A stretch of DNA of 64,000 nucleotides from an uncultured Planctomycetota bacterium (GCA_963849325.1 CAWKHF010000007.1:192001-256000), one strand, 5' to 3'; shown: positions 1-11,660, counted from the first letter of the stretch. Numbers and translations are program-made. The notes: a model not told the origin generated them from the letters alone.

Positions 1-329
1 CAGGAAGCCCTGGCCGGTCACAACCAGCGGCGAGAAGATCTGCTCCAGGACGTAGCCGTTGTTCTTCACCAGCAGGCGCAGGTACTTGCCCAGGTCGTGG
101 CTGACCAGCTCGACCTCCACCCCGGCCAGGTCCAGCTTCCGCTCTACTGTCTGGTCAGGAAGATCCAGACCAACGACATCCCGTAGCGGTAACAGGTGCG
201 CCCGCGCAAATCCACGTCGCTGTCGGGTGACGGGAAGCCGTAGAGGTGAGCGCCGCTGACGGTCACGAACAACGGTCGATACTGCTGCCCCTCGACAAGC
301 TGTCGCAACGCCACCATGTCAAGCATCAA
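1..329 (-). CDS. RlaP/Nuc-transf (PF10127-like) nucleotidyltransferase, runs off the left edge; frameshift near 200
   Basis: VSGAHLYGFPSPDSDVDLRG pol-beta motif. It continues in another frame as HLLPLRDVVGL...SHDLGKYLRLLVKNNGYVLEQIFSP. Confidence 0.8.
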
Positions 330-1295
330 CCATCCTCCTCCGCGCCCCGATCAGGAACTCGTCCACCCGTCGATAGTCGGGCTGCTCGGGCAGCATCGTC
401 CCTCGATACGCCTCCTGGAACTGGCGGTCCAACTCCAACGCCCGATCCCTCGCCTGCTCGAACGATAGCCCCCCAGCCTTGATGGCCAGCAACTCGTCGC
501 GGTGTTCGCCGACGTCGATGCGGATCATGCCCGAGCGCAGGGCCTCGATGCCCGAGTACAGCAGGCGGATCAGGTGCATCGCGTGCTTCGCCTTGTACTT
601 GCCGGTCTTCGCATAGGCGTTGGCCATGCGCCGGAACTGGCTGAGGACATAGCCGGAGTACGTCTTGTACAGGTAGCGTGTCAGGAAGACCTCGCGCATC
701 TCACGCAACCGCTGGGCCACCTCGTCGGCGTGCAACACCAGCGGCGTCCACAGCGTCTCCAGCACGTTCGGGTTCGCCTTGAGCGCCAGCTTCAAGAACT
801 TCTCCAGATCCCAGTAGACCTCGTCCCTGCCCTCGGCGTTGAACTCCAGCTGCTCGGGCAGTTTGAACAGCGACCAGTGCAGCCGGGCCGGCGGTAGGTA
901 GACGCCTCGCATGTCGTCGTCGGAATCCTCACCGGCCAGGCCGAAGGCGTGCGAGCCGACCCGGCAGCGGTAGACGACCCAGGGCGCAAGTCTTCATCTG
1001 TCAGGGCGAGCTGATCCTCGACCTCCTTGCGGCGGATGGCCAGCTCGCGGAAGCGCGCCTTGACCGTCTGGCCGTCGGCGAAGCGCAGCGTGTAGGCGTG
1101 CGCGTTGTCGGCCGGGCTTTCGGCGACGACGGCCACGCTGCCCCGCTGCCGCACCGTGCCGTCCGGCAGCGGCTTGTCCACCTTGAGAACGACTTGCGTG
1201 CCGGTCGAGATGATGAACGTCGGCAGCAGGTGCCGGAACGAGTGCTCTTCCAGGGCCATCAGGGTGTCCTCCGCGAGGGTGGTGATCCCTTCCAT
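319..1295 (-). CDS. RlaP/Nuc-transf nucleotidyltransferase with small N-terminal beta (SH3-like) domain; frameshift near 980
   Basis: ORFs 792..1295 and 319..912 join through VGSHAFGLAGEDSDDDMRGVY. Downstream motifs KANPNVLETLW and KHAMHLIRLL. Start could be 1259. Confidence 0.8.
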
Positions 1296-1536
1296 CCTTG
1301 CAGGAGAGGGACGACGACGACAACACCTTGGTTCACGGATCGGCGGGCATACGGGATGTTAGGCCGTGGCGTGAGACAGGGAACGGATTATCATAACCGG
1401 AAGATTCTCCAGGGAGGTCGCCGATGACGAAGAGACGAGGGCTCGGCTGGCTGCTGGTCGTGGCCGCCCTCCTCAGCCCGTTCGCCCTCTGGGCGCTGGG
1501 AGTCCGAGGCGTCGAGGTCATGGCCTGGCCTCCGGC

Positions 1537-2058
1537 GTGCAAGGCGCGTCCACCGTGGGCCGGGTTCGTGTCACTCACCTTTACGGCTGGAGGGACGACC
1601 CTTTCGAGCTGAGCCGCTTCGTCCGCGCGCAGCAGGATGACTTCGAGCGCGCCCTCGCGGAAATCCAGAGTGGCAAGAAACACACCCACTGGATGTGGTA
1701 TATCTTCCCGCAGCTCGACGGGCTGGCTTTCAGCGCCACCTCGAAATTCTACGCGATCAAGAGCCTCGACGAGGCCAGGGCGTACCTGGAACACCCCGTC
1801 CTCGGACCCCGACTATACCAGTGTGCCGAGGCGGCCCTCGGCGTCGAGGGCCGATCCGCGACGGAGATTTTCGGCTCCCCCGACGACTGGAAGCTCCGGT
1901 CGTGTGTGACCCTGTTTGCCTGCGCTTCGCCACCCGACTCCGTATTCCACCGCCTGCTCGCCAAATACTACGGCGGCCAGCGGGACGGCAAAACGCTCCG
2001 GCTGCTGGGTCTGGACCCGGAAGCCGGGCAGATCCTCGGCCGGGCTCGGGACGAGTAA
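1537..2058 (+). CDS. DUF1810 family protein (start uncertain)
   Basis: DPFELSRFVRAQ...GKKHTHWMWYIFPQ...EIFGSPDDWKLRSCVTLF signature. Confidence 0.8.
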   Translation: MQGASTVGRVRVTHLYGWRDDPFELSRFVRAQQDDFERALAEIQSGKKHTHWMWYIFPQLDGLAFSATSKFYAIKSLDEARAYLEHPVLGPRLYQCAEAALGVEGRSATEIFGSPDDWKLRSCVTLFACASPPDSVFHRLLAKYYGGQRDGKTLRLLGLDPEAGQILGRARDE

Positions 2059-2642
2059 GGCAGAGGCGGCGGCGGCGTGCCACAGCTCTCAAGATGTCGG
2101 CATCCGTGTCGGCGACGGTTAGGGGACGAGGTTTTCGGCCAGGGATGGCTCCCTCCTCCTCGATCCGAGCAAGGGCCTATCCCCATCGTAGCCGTTACCG
2201 CCAATTTGTTGCATTACTTCTGTCCAGGACCACTAGCGCGATCTACCGCCGTTATTTCCTTACAAAATCGTAATGTTGTTGCGACAGATTTGAAATCGAC
2301 ATTACGATTCTATCGAGCGATTCCACAAAAACTTGAAGAAAAACGCGAAAAAAAGCATGGGGTGCTAGATTTTCACAGGAAGCACCGTATTCAATTCAGG
2401 CTTCTGGTTTTCTATCTCTCCGTTCAACCTGAGGTGGAGAACCCAGGCCGAGGAAAAATGAGGATTACCGGGCTTTGCCACGCATTAGCAGGAAATGGCA
2501 AGATAGCGAACGTAGGTCGGCATCCATCTTCCCTACCTTGCCATTTTTGACAATGCGTGGCAAAGCCGTTTACCAGATGGGCTCCTCATCATACGGTGAT
2601 TCAGTGCGCGACCTGAAAGGAAACCAGCGAGCGAAAAACTCT

Positions 2643-3761
2643 ATGAAAGTCTCACCGATCCTGGCCATCATCCTGGTGCTGATTTTCCTCTTCCTACCTG
2701 CTTGCCAGATGCACAAGGAGCAGCCTCAGCAGGAGCACCATAAGATCGTGGTCACCAGCCCTCAGGGAAAGTACGTCACCATCACCCAGCAATATGTCTG
2801 CCAGATCCACTCGCAGCGCCACATAAATGTCCGTGCCTTGCAGGACGGGTATCTCGACGAAATCCTGGTCAAAGAAGGCCAGTCGGTGAAAGAGGGCGAT
2901 GTACTGTTCAGAATCTTACCCACTCTTTACAAGGCAGAGTACGACGCAGAGTTGGCCGAGGCCCAGCTCGCGCAACTGGAGTTCAATAACACCAAGAAGT
3001 TGTGCGAGGAAAAAGTGGTCTCCATTCAGGAGGTGATGCTGCACCAGGTCAAACTGAATAAGGCCCTGGCCAAGGCGGAGCTGGCGAAGGCCAAATTGAA
3101 CTTTACCATCGTCAAAGCACGTTTCGACGGCATCGTCGATCGCCTGCACGAGCAGGTGGGCAGCTTGATCAAGGAACGGGACATCCTCACGACCTTGTCC
3201 GATAACAGCATGATGTGGGTTTATTTCAACGTACCCGAGAAGCGCTACCTCGAATACATGGCCGGCCTGGGTCAGGATAAAGAGGATCCGAAAATCGAAC
3301 TCGTGCTGGCCAACGGCAGCAAGTTCCCGAAGACCGGCAAGATCGGTGCGATCGAGGCCAAGTTCAACAACGAGACCGGGAACATCCCCTTCCGCGCGGA
3401 TTTTGAGAACCCGTTCCTTGCTGGGAGCATCAAGGAGGATCGCCTGCTGCGTCACGGTCAGACCGGCAACGTGTTGATCCACCGGACATTGAATAACGCC
3501 ATCGTCATCCCTCAGCGGGCGGTTTTCGAAACTCTCGAGAAGCGGTACGTTTATGTCGTCGGCCAAGATGACGTGGTGCATCAGCGCGAGATCGCCATCC
3601 AGAACGAACTGGAGGACATCTTCGTCATCAAGAAGGGACTTGATGTGAACGAACGGATCGTTCTCGAGGGGGTCCGGCAGGTTCGCGACAGCGAGAAGGT
3701 GGAATACGAGTTTCGTCCCCCGGAAGAGGCGATGGCAAACCAAAAGAACCATGCGGAATAG
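2643..3761 (+). CDS. RND efflux periplasmic adaptor (MFP), lipoprotein
   Basis: Lipobox LFLPAC, lipoyl-like VKEGQSVKEGDVLF, upstream of an RND permease. Confidence 0.9.
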   Translation: MKVSPILAIILVLIFLFLPACQMHKEQPQQEHHKIVVTSPQGKYVTITQQYVCQIHSQRHINVRALQDGYLDEILVKEGQSVKEGDVLFRILPTLYKAEYDAELAEAQLAQLEFNNTKKLCEEKVVSIQEVMLHQVKLNKALAKAELAKAKLNFTIVKARFDGIVDRLHEQVGSLIKERDILTTLSDNSMMWVYFNVPEKRYLEYMAGLGQDKEDPKIELVLANGSKFPKTGKIGAIEAKFNNETGNIPFRADFENPFLAGSIKEDRLLRHGQTGNVLIHRTLNNAIVIPQRAVFETLEKRYVYVVGQDDVVHQREIAIQNELEDIFVIKKGLDVNERIVLEGVRQVRDSEKVEYEFRPPEEAMANQKNHAE

Positions 3762-3806
3762 CAACCGCTCCCCGGTACGGAAACCCCATAGGATCATCTC
3801 CAAACC

Positions 3807-6800
3807 ATGTTCTCAAACATCCTCTATCGACCGGCATTGGCGATCGTTATCTCGATTATCCTCTTGTTCCTGGGAGGGTTGGCAATCAACACCCTGCCGG
3901 AATCTCAGTTTCCCTCCATCGCGCCGCCGACCGTGCAGGTCTTCATTGCTTATCCGGGCGCCAGTGCCAATGTTTTGGTGGACTCGACTCTGATTATTTT
4001 GGAGCGAGCCATCAACGGCGTACAGGACATGCGTTACATGGCCTCCGCGGCCACCAGTGCCGGCGAGGCAACGATCATGATCTACTTCGAGCCAGGCACG
4101 GACCCGAACATAGCGGTCGTGAACGTGCAAAACCGGATCGCCATCGTGAAGAACCTGCTTCCTCCCTTGGTGCAGCTGGAGGGGATCGTCGTTAATCAGG
4201 TCATGCCGAGCATGCTGATGTACGTGAACGTCTACAGTACGGATCCAAACGTCGATCAGAAGTTCCTTTACAACTACACCACCGTCAACGTCCTGCAGGT
4301 GATCCGGCGGGTCCGGGGTATCGGGTAGCGCCACGATTCTCGGCAGCCGCGAGTATGCAATGCGGATCTGGCTGAATCCCGACCGCCTGTGCGCCTATAA
4401 CATGTCTACCGAGGACGTCATGAAGGCGGTGGGGGAACAGAGCATTATTGGTTCGCCCGGACGACTCGGCCAGGCCACGGGCAAGACGTCGCAATCCATC
4501 GAGTACGTCCTGACCTATAAGGGACGCTACAACCAGCCGGAGGAGTATGAAAACATTATTCTGAAGGAAAATCCCGAGGGTGAGATCCTGCGGCTCAAGG
4601 ACGTCGCCCGGGTCGAGCTGGGCCCTCGGTTCTTCGACATTTACTCGGACATCGATGGCCAGCCCTCTGCTGCCATCGTTATCAAGCAAACCCCCGGCTC
4701 CAACGCCAAATCCGTCATTGAAGAGGTCAAGAAGCAGCTCGAGGAGATCAAGAAGGAGTCGTTCCCTCCCGGCATGGACTATGAGGTCACCTACGACGTT
4801 TCCAAATTCCTGGACGCCTCCATCGAAAAGGTGCTCCACACGCTGTTGGAGGCCTTCGTGTTGGTGTCTCTGGTGGTCTACCTGTTCCTCGGGGATTTGC
4901 GTTCCACGCTGATCCCAACCCTGGCGGTCCCGGTATCCCTGATCGGAACCTTCTTTTTCCTGCAGTTGTTCGGTCTCTCAATCAACCTGATCACGCTCTT
5001 TGCAATGGTACTGGCGATTGGGGTCGTGGTGGACGACGCGATTGTGGTGGTCGAAGCGGTGCATGCCAAGATGCACGAGAAGCACCTTTCGCCCTATCGG
5101 GCGACCCGGGAGGTTATTCAGGAGATCAGCGGCGCGATCATCGCCATCACCCTGGTGATGACAGCTGTCTTCGTTCCGGTGACTTTCATGACCGGGCCGG
5201 TCGGCGCCTTCTACCGTCAGTTCGGCATCACCATGGCCACGTCCATCGTTCTCTCCGGCGTGGTGGCCCTGACGCTCACGCCGGTTCTCTGTGCGATGAT
5301 TCTCAAGCCCCACACGAACCAAGTGAAAAGGCGCGGGCCGCTGGGCCTATTGCTGCATCTTTTTGACCGTGGCGTCGAGAAGGTCACGGGCGGTTATGCC
5401 GTGATCCTGCGCCGGATCGTAACGCTTCGCGCGCCGACCTTGCTCGTCATCCTGGCCTTTGGCGCCGGCATTTTCTATGTGAACACGCTGCTTCCGTCTG
5501 GCTTTATCCCGGGCGAGGATCAGGGCATTATCTATGGGATCATCCAGACGCCTCCAGGCTCGACGCTCGAGTACACGAACGCCAAGTCCCACGAGCTGCA
5601 GGCCTTCGCCAAAGAGATCGACGGAGTCACCTCGGTCTCCTCGTTGGCCGGTTACGAGGTCCTGACCGAGGGCCGAGGCTCCAACGCGGGAACCTGTCTC
5701 ATCAATTTGAAGGACTGGTCCGACCGCAAGCTGACCGCGCGCAGATCATCGAGGAGCTTGAGGAAAAATGCCGTAACATATCCAATGCGAAGATCGAGTT
5801 CTTTGAGCCGCCCGCGGTTCCGGGTTTTGGCGCGGCTGGGGGGTTCTCCCTACGTTTGCTCGACAAGAACGACACGACCGACTACAACCGGCTCGGAGAA
5901 GTGACCGGCAAGTTCATGGACGCCTTGTCCAAACGCAAGGAGCTGAATAACCTGTTCACCTTCTTTGCCAGCAACTACCCGCAGTATGAACTGGTCATCA
6001 ACAACGACGCGGTCATGCAGAAGGGTTTGTCGATCAAAAAGGCGATGGACAATCTCAACATCCTCATCGGTAGCACCTACGAGCAAGGCTTCATTCGCTT
6101 CGGCCAGTTCTACAAGGTCTATGTCCAGGCCTCGCCGGAGTTCCGGCGGTTCCCCGAGGATTTGGACAATCTGTTCGTCAAAAACGATCACGGGGACATG
6201 GTCCCCTACTCCGCGTTCATGACGATCAAGAAGCAGCAGGGCTTGAACGAGATCAACCGCTATAACCTGTATCCCTCCGCCGCCATTCAAGGTGCCCCGG
6301 CTTCCGGCTACAGCAGCGGTGAGGCCATCAAGGCGATCCAAGAGGTCGCCGCCGAGACGCTGCCGCACGGTTACGGCCTCGGCTGGGAAGGTCTCTCTTA
6401 TGACGAGGCGCGAAAGGGGAACCTGGCTCTTTACATCTTCATCATCGTCGTCGTCTTCGTCTATCTGGTACTGGTTGGGCAATACGAGAGTTTTATGCTG
6501 CCGCTGGCCGTGATCCTGTCGCTGCCGATTGGGATCTTCGGTTCCTTCCTGTTCCTGCAGGCAATGGGGTTGTCCAACGACGTTTACGCCCAGATTGGCC
6601 TGGTCATGCTGGTCGGTTTGCTCGGTAAGAACGCGATCTTGATCGTCGAATTCGCGGTACAACGGCGCCGGGAGGGCGTGCCCCTCCAGCAGGCAGCCAT
6701 CGAAGGAGGAAAATTGCGCTTCCGGCCCATTCAGATGACCTCCTTCGCCTTCATCGCGGGTCTGATTCCGTTGGTCCGTGCCACCGGCGCCGGGGCGATC

Positions 6801-6998
6801 GGAAACCGCACCATTGGCACGACCGCGGTCGGCGGGATGCTCGTGGGCACCTTGATAGGAGTCTTGGTAATTCCCGGCCTTTATTACTTGTTCGGCAGGA
6901 TTGCCGACGGGCGAAAGCTCCTCCGGGACGAGGTGGATAAACCTCTCAGTGAGACTCTCGAACACACAAATCATACCGGCGTCGCTCGAGCCGATTAG
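3807..6998 (+). CDS. RND efflux permease (AcrB/HAE1 family); frameshifts near 4325 and 5740
   Basis: LAIGVVVDDAIVVVE, GLLGKNAILIVEFA and RFRPIQMTS motifs across ORFs 3807, 4360 and 5856. Confidence 0.93.
6882..6966 (+). repeat. Copy 1 of an 85-bp diverged direct repeat (3' end of the RND gene)
   Basis: Matches 7762-7846 at 73/85 nt by manual alignment. Confidence 0.9.
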
Positions 6999-7129
6999 GT
7001 CTCGGCGGGAGGGCAAGGTCTAGCTCGGTGCTTTGCACCAGGACAGCGTTGCGCCGCCCGAACGGTCATTTGGTCTTGCTCAGTCGTGCCCAGTTGCTAT
7101 CCTCACGCTCATTCCAGGGGGATGGAGAG

Positions 7130-7521
7130 ATGGCCTTTCGGGCAATCCGTGTTGCTTTGCTGCTCTCGAGCCTGCCCATCGCAGGATGCGGGACCGTTGC
7201 AAACCTGGCCAAGTTGACTCCCGAGCAGGGTGGGAAGATCCCTTTTGGCGGGGTGAGACAAGATGTGTGCTGTATTAAGAAGGCGGAAAATGGAGAATTG
7301 GTGCTCCCAAGTCGGAGTCGGAGCAACATCCCCAGGTGGCGCGAATGCTATTCTACGCCGCAGACCTGCCGTTCAGTCTTATCGGTGATGTCGTGACGTG
7401 GCCTTATACGGCGACGTATACCTACATTAATCAGCCAATCCCTACCCCACCTGTCACACTGGCCCCTACCTATCCTGTGATACAGGCAACGGCCGACGAT
7501 CGGCCTCAGACCTCTCCGTAA
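7130..7521 (+). CDS. YceK/YidQ-like lipoprotein; frameshift near 7310
   Basis: IAGCGTVAN lipobox, PFGGVRQD, then DLPFSLIGDVVTWPY in the second frame. Confidence 0.7.
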
Positions 7522-7585
7522 GTGCTTGCGAAAGCCGTTCCACTCCTATCCGACACTCACCCCCTATCGGCACCGCCTGCACTGG

Positions 7586-7619
7586 CTGGAGTTCCGGTAA
7601 CTGACTGGAGTTCCGGTAA
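7586..7619. repeat. 15-bp direct repeat CTGGAGTTCCGGTAA x2 (19-bp period)
   Basis: Exact copies at 7586-7600 and 7605-7619. Confidence 0.85.
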
Positions 7620-7761
7620 ATGTTGGAACGCTTGTCGCGGAGTCAAGGTCGGTCTCGGCGATAATCAGGGAAGATCCGCACCTGGAAGAATTGCTGTTGC
7701 GGGGGAAGACCCCGGACGCTATCAATGCCGACAAACAGGATCGCCACACACTGTTCCGACG

Positions 7762-7846
7762 TATTACTCGTTCGGCAGGATTGCCGACAGGCGCAAACTC
7801 CCCAAGGACGAGGCCGATGAACCTCTCCGTGAGATTCTCGAACACA
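7762..7846 (+). repeat. Copy 2 of the 85-bp repeat; carries the OMF start codon
   Basis: Encodes YYSFGRIADRRKLPKDEADEPL versus YYLFGRIADGRKLLRDEVDKPL in copy 1; ATG at 7817. Confidence 0.9.
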
Positions 7847-9589
7847 AAGCAAGTGCAGCACGTGGTTGCGAGAGCGGTCGTTTGCAGCATGCTGTTGCTG
7901 GTTCTGCCGTCCTGTGGAATCCCCGACCTCCGTCAGGCGCAGCCGGGACCAATCCTGTCGGCAAATTACACGGCAGGCTACAAGGGAGCCGCCAGCCTGG
8001 AAAACTCCTCTCAGGTCCCGATCGAAGATTTTTTCAATGATCCGATGCTTACGCGCTTGATCTGCCAGGCACTGGCCGGCAACATGGACCTGAAGATGAT
8101 GTATGAGGACGTCCAGATCGCTCGCAACGAGGTCCTGGGGCGGTCAGGGGCATACCTTCCCTCCATCAGTCTCGGGGCCGTCGCGGGGCTGGAAAAATTC
8201 AGCCAATTCACGCCTTTGGGGGCCGCCGAGAAAGACCTCCAATATCTCCCCGGCAAGAACTTTCCCGAACCGTCGGGAATTTTCCTGTTGACCGCCAACG
8301 TCTCCTGGCAGGTGGACATCTGGAGGCAGCTGCATAATGCCAAGGACGCGGCCGTGCTGCGCTTCCTCGCCACCAATGAGGGGCGGAACTACTCCATGAC
8401 TCGTCTGGTCGCGGAGATTGCCGAGAATTATTACATGCTGATGGCGCTCGACAAACGGCTGGAGAATCTGGATAACATCATCAAGCTTCAGGAGGAAAGC
8501 CTGAAGATGGCCGAGGCCAAGATGAAATTCGCCCGCGGCACCGCGCTGGGTGTCCAGCGTTTCCTGGCCGAGGTCCGCCGGAACCAGAGCCAAAAGCTGA
8601 TCGTTAAGCAGGACATCATCGAGGTCGAGAACCGTATCAACTTCCTCGTCGGTCGCTACCCGCAGCCTGTCGAACGCATGTCGGGGAATTTCATTGATCT
8701 GAACTTACACGCACTGAGCGTGGGAGTGCCCGCGCAGCTGCTTCAGAACCGACCCGACATCCGCCAAGCCGAGCGCGAGCTGGCGGCTGCCGGGCTCGAC
8801 GTGAAGGTCGCCCGGGCCCAGTTCTTTCCCCGGCTGGACATCGCCGGTCCCGAAGGCCCAACGGGGCCGGCTGGCCCCGTTGGCTTCCAGGCCTTCAACC
8901 CCAAATATCTGTTCTGGACTCCGGAATCCTTGATTGCCAATGTCGCTGGTAACCTGATCACGCCGTTGATCAACAAGAGAGCGATCAAGGCCGACTACAA
9001 ATCCGCGAACGCCAGGCAATTGCAGAGCGTCTACAACTACCAGCGCGTAATCCTCAACGCCTTCACCGAGGTTGTCAACCGCGTGTCCAAGGTGCAGAAC
9101 TACAGCAAGAGCATCGAGATCAAGAAGCAGCAGGTGCAATCGCTCGAGACCTCCGTCGATATCTCCAGCAAAATTTTCAAGCTGCCTACGGCGGCGGTTC
9201 CATCCGATTACATGAACGTGCTATTCACCCAGCGTGACCTCATGGATGCGAGAATGATCTTGATCGAAACCAAACAGCAGCAGCTGTCCGCCATCGTAAA
9301 CGTCTATCAAGCCCTCGGCGGCGGTTTGTTGGGGTGCAGTCGCGCTGATCCAAGACTCCCTCAACCCGGTCCCAGCCTCGACCAATCCCAGCAAGGAGGA
9401 AGCGATCCGTCCGGGACGGAACAACTCCCTGCCCCCCGCAAACAGCCTGAGCAGCCCCTGCCCCCCGGCAAACAGCCTGAGCAGCTCTCCAGCCCTAGCC
9501 CCGCCCAGCCCGGTCGGCTCCCCGAACCCCAGCAAGCTCCCGACGTAACTCCCTCCTCCGGACGCGACGCTGGAGTAGAAAAGCGGTGA
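7817..9589 (+). CDS. Outer-membrane factor (TolC/NodT family) lipoprotein with Pro/Gln-rich tail
   Basis: VLPSC lipobox, WQVDIWRQL, LLQNRPDIRQAE, YQALGGG. Confidence 0.9.
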   Translation: MNLSVRFSNTKQVQHVVARAVVCSMLLLVLPSCGIPDLRQAQPGPILSANYTAGYKGAASLENSSQVPIEDFFNDPMLTRLICQALAGNMDLKMMYEDVQIARNEVLGRSGAYLPSISLGAVAGLEKFSQFTPLGAAEKDLQYLPGKNFPEPSGIFLLTANVSWQVDIWRQLHNAKDAAVLRFLATNEGRNYSMTRLVAEIAENYYMLMALDKRLENLDNIIKLQEESLKMAEAKMKFARGTALGVQRFLAEVRRNQSQKLIVKQDIIEVENRINFLVGRYPQPVERMSGNFIDLNLHALSVGVPAQLLQNRPDIRQAERELAAAGLDVKVARAQFFPRLDIAGPEGPTGPAGPVGFQAFNPKYLFWTPESLIANVAGNLITPLINKRAIKADYKSANARQLQSVYNYQRVILNAFTEVVNRVSKVQNYSKSIEIKKQQVQSLETSVDISSKIFKLPTAAVPSDYMNVLFTQRDLMDARMILIETKQQQLSAIVNVYQALGGGLLGCSRADPRLPQPGPSLDQSQQGGSDPSGTEQLPAPRKQPEQPLPPGKQPEQLSSPSPAQPGRLPEPQQAPDVTPSSGRDAGVEKR

Positions 9590-9689
9590 TCGTGATGGGG
9601 CCTTGCTATGCAATTGAAGACCGCAAGAAAACGCCGTGCAATGCAATAGAACGTGGCAGCTTGCAAGGAAACGGGGGCCGGGAGACGAG

Positions 9690-10109
9690 TTATTTGCCGA
9701 GCTTGACGCGGCGGAGGATGAGGTAATACTGCCCGTCGCCGGAATGGAAGGACGTGGGACGTTGCTTGCCGACCGGGCGAAAGCATATTTCGAGATGGTC
9801 GCGTTCCTGCCGGTAGATGCCGTGGATTCTGGTGTCGGGCACGTTACACCAGCCGCGCAGCCGACTATTGCCCTCGTCGATGATTTCGCAGAGGCAGATG
9901 AGTGTTCCCGACCGCGTACATGCCTTCCCCCGAACGCCGAGCAGTAGGTTCCACATTGCGTGTCCGTTGAAGATTTTCACTTCTCCGCCCACGCACCAGA
10001 GTCCCTCCCACTCCCCACGCAGGTCTAGCCCCCGCTCCGTCTCTGCGGAAACCCACTCCGGCCCACTCGCCGTCACCGTCGCCAGGACCATCGCCAGAAC
10101 CGAAGACAT
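9690..10109 (-). CDS. Planctomycete TIGR03067-like secreted protein
   Basis: Signal peptide, LRGEW, GIYRQERDHLEICF...RPTSF...LILRRVK. Confidence 0.65.
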   Translation of the reverse strand: MSSVLAMVLATVTASGPEWVSAETERGLDLRGEWEGLWCVGGEVKIFNGHAMWNLLLGVRGKACTRSGTLICLCEIIDEGNSRLRGWCNVPDTRIHGIYRQERDHLEICFRPVGKQRPTSFHSGDGQYYLILRRVKLGK

Positions 10110-10199
10110 TGCATCCGCCCTCCGTGCGTAATTCCCCGATTCGACCCGACACGCCCGGTAGTCTACCCATGCCGCCCGGCAGCACGCCAGCGGATCTGG

Positions 10200-10490
10200 G
10201 TGCCGAATGCTCCTCCTGCTGACCTCCCCTCCCCGCTTGCTGAGCATTCCATTCCCCTCACGGCCCGCTCTCCCTCCCACCGGCTGGGCGAGTTGATTGT
10301 CACCATGCTGCGCGAGAGCACTGGCCCGTTGACGGGACGGCAGCTGCTTGAAGAAGCGCAGCGGCGTGGCTATCAGTCCAAGAGCCACGATCCCCTCAAG
10401 GCGATGGAGAACCGGCTCCAGGTCTTGAAGAGCAAGCGTGTCATTCGCCGCGCCGCGGGCCAGTACGGCTTCCTCGTCCCGAAACGGTGA
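10200..10490 (+). CDS. Small winged-helix-like protein (possibly a fragment)
   Basis: LGELIVTMLRESTGPLTGRQLLEEAQRRGY...LKSKRVIRR pattern; start uncertain. Confidence 0.4.
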   Translation: MPNAPPADLPSPLAEHSIPLTARSPSHRLGELIVTMLRESTGPLTGRQLLEEAQRRGYQSKSHDPLKAMENRLQVLKSKRVIRRAAGQYGFLVPKR

Positions 10491-11660
10491 GCTTCTCGCC
10501 TTCTCCTTCCGCGATGAAATCCGGCTGTGGGATTTCCGCGCCGAGAAGCTGCTTCGCCGGTTGACCGATCACCACAATTCCTCGTCGCGGGGTGCACACG
10601 GCCTGATGTTCTCGCCGGACGGTAAGCGATTGGCGGCGGTGATGGGCGACAAGGCCGTTCACGTCTGGGATACGGCGAGCGGCCGTCGCCTGCTCGATTA
10701 CCCGGAGACCCATCGGACGGTGCTTGACTCGGTGGCCTACTCTCCCGATGGCGGGCAAGCCGCGACGGGTGACCGGGATGGGATTGTGCGTTTGTGGGAC
10801 GTGGCGACCGCCAAGGAAGTGGGCCGTCTTCATTTCAGTGACGCCCCCACTTCCGGTGTCGAAGCCGTCGCGTTCTCCGCCGATGGACGAACGCTTGCGG
10901 CCGGTGGTTATGTGTTATCGGAACGAAAATCGCCCGGTTTGCTCAAGCTGTGGGACCGCAAGAGCGTCGTAGAATTGTGGTCGCGGAAGGCGGAGAGCCG
11001 GGTGAGCGCGCGTAACTTTCTCCCCCGATGGGCGAACCGTGGCAATGGCCAGCGGCGATCTCCCCAATGAAGGTCGACGGCGCGGCGTCAACCAGAATGC
11101 GATCCGCATCCACGAGCGGGACACGGGCAAAACGTGCGCGGAGCTGACGGGGCTGACAGGCCGCGTTCGCTCTCTGGTTTATTCTCCCGATGGAAAGTCC
11201 CTGCGTTCCTTGGGGGAGGATCGGACCCTGCGTGTCTGGGACTTCTCCTCGAAAAAAATGCAGACGCAACCTCTTGTGGATGGCGAGCGTCGCTTTCTTG
11301 ATTCGATGGCTTTTTCTCCGGATGGCAAGCTGCTGGCAACGAGTGTGATCTTCACCGATACGGTCCAGTTATGGGGCGCGATTGCTGGCACGAAGTTGAG
11401 CACAATCCGGGTGGACAAGAGCATGGGCAGCATCCTCGCTTTCTCACCGGACGGGAGAATACTGGCGACCGGCTCGATTGGCCTCACCAATGTCGATAAG
11501 CCATTCGATTATAACCTTCATCTCTGGGATTTGCTGACGGAGCATGAGATCCGCGCGTGGCATCCCGGCAGTACCACGGTGCATGCCCTGGCATTTTCGC
11601 CGGATGGGCGAGAACTTCTGGCGGGCATGGACAACGGTACGGGTTTGATTTGGAGCGTTA
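10470..11660 (+). pseudogene. WD40-repeat protein slice lacking its N-terminus; frameshift near 11015
   Basis: Multiple FSPDG..L / VxLWD repeats in ORFs 10438..11070 and 11039..11782. Confidence 0.75.

Noticed and set aside
1424-1612. 62-aa hydrophobic ORF with GGAGG RBS before DUF1810
   Set aside because: It may be real or a fragment fused to DUF1810, but I recognise no family and cannot resolve the frame.
4326-4328. TAG in the RND gene as possible read-through
   Set aside because: Removing one G restores GIGSATILGSREYAM in the next frame. It is a frameshift, not an in-frame stop.
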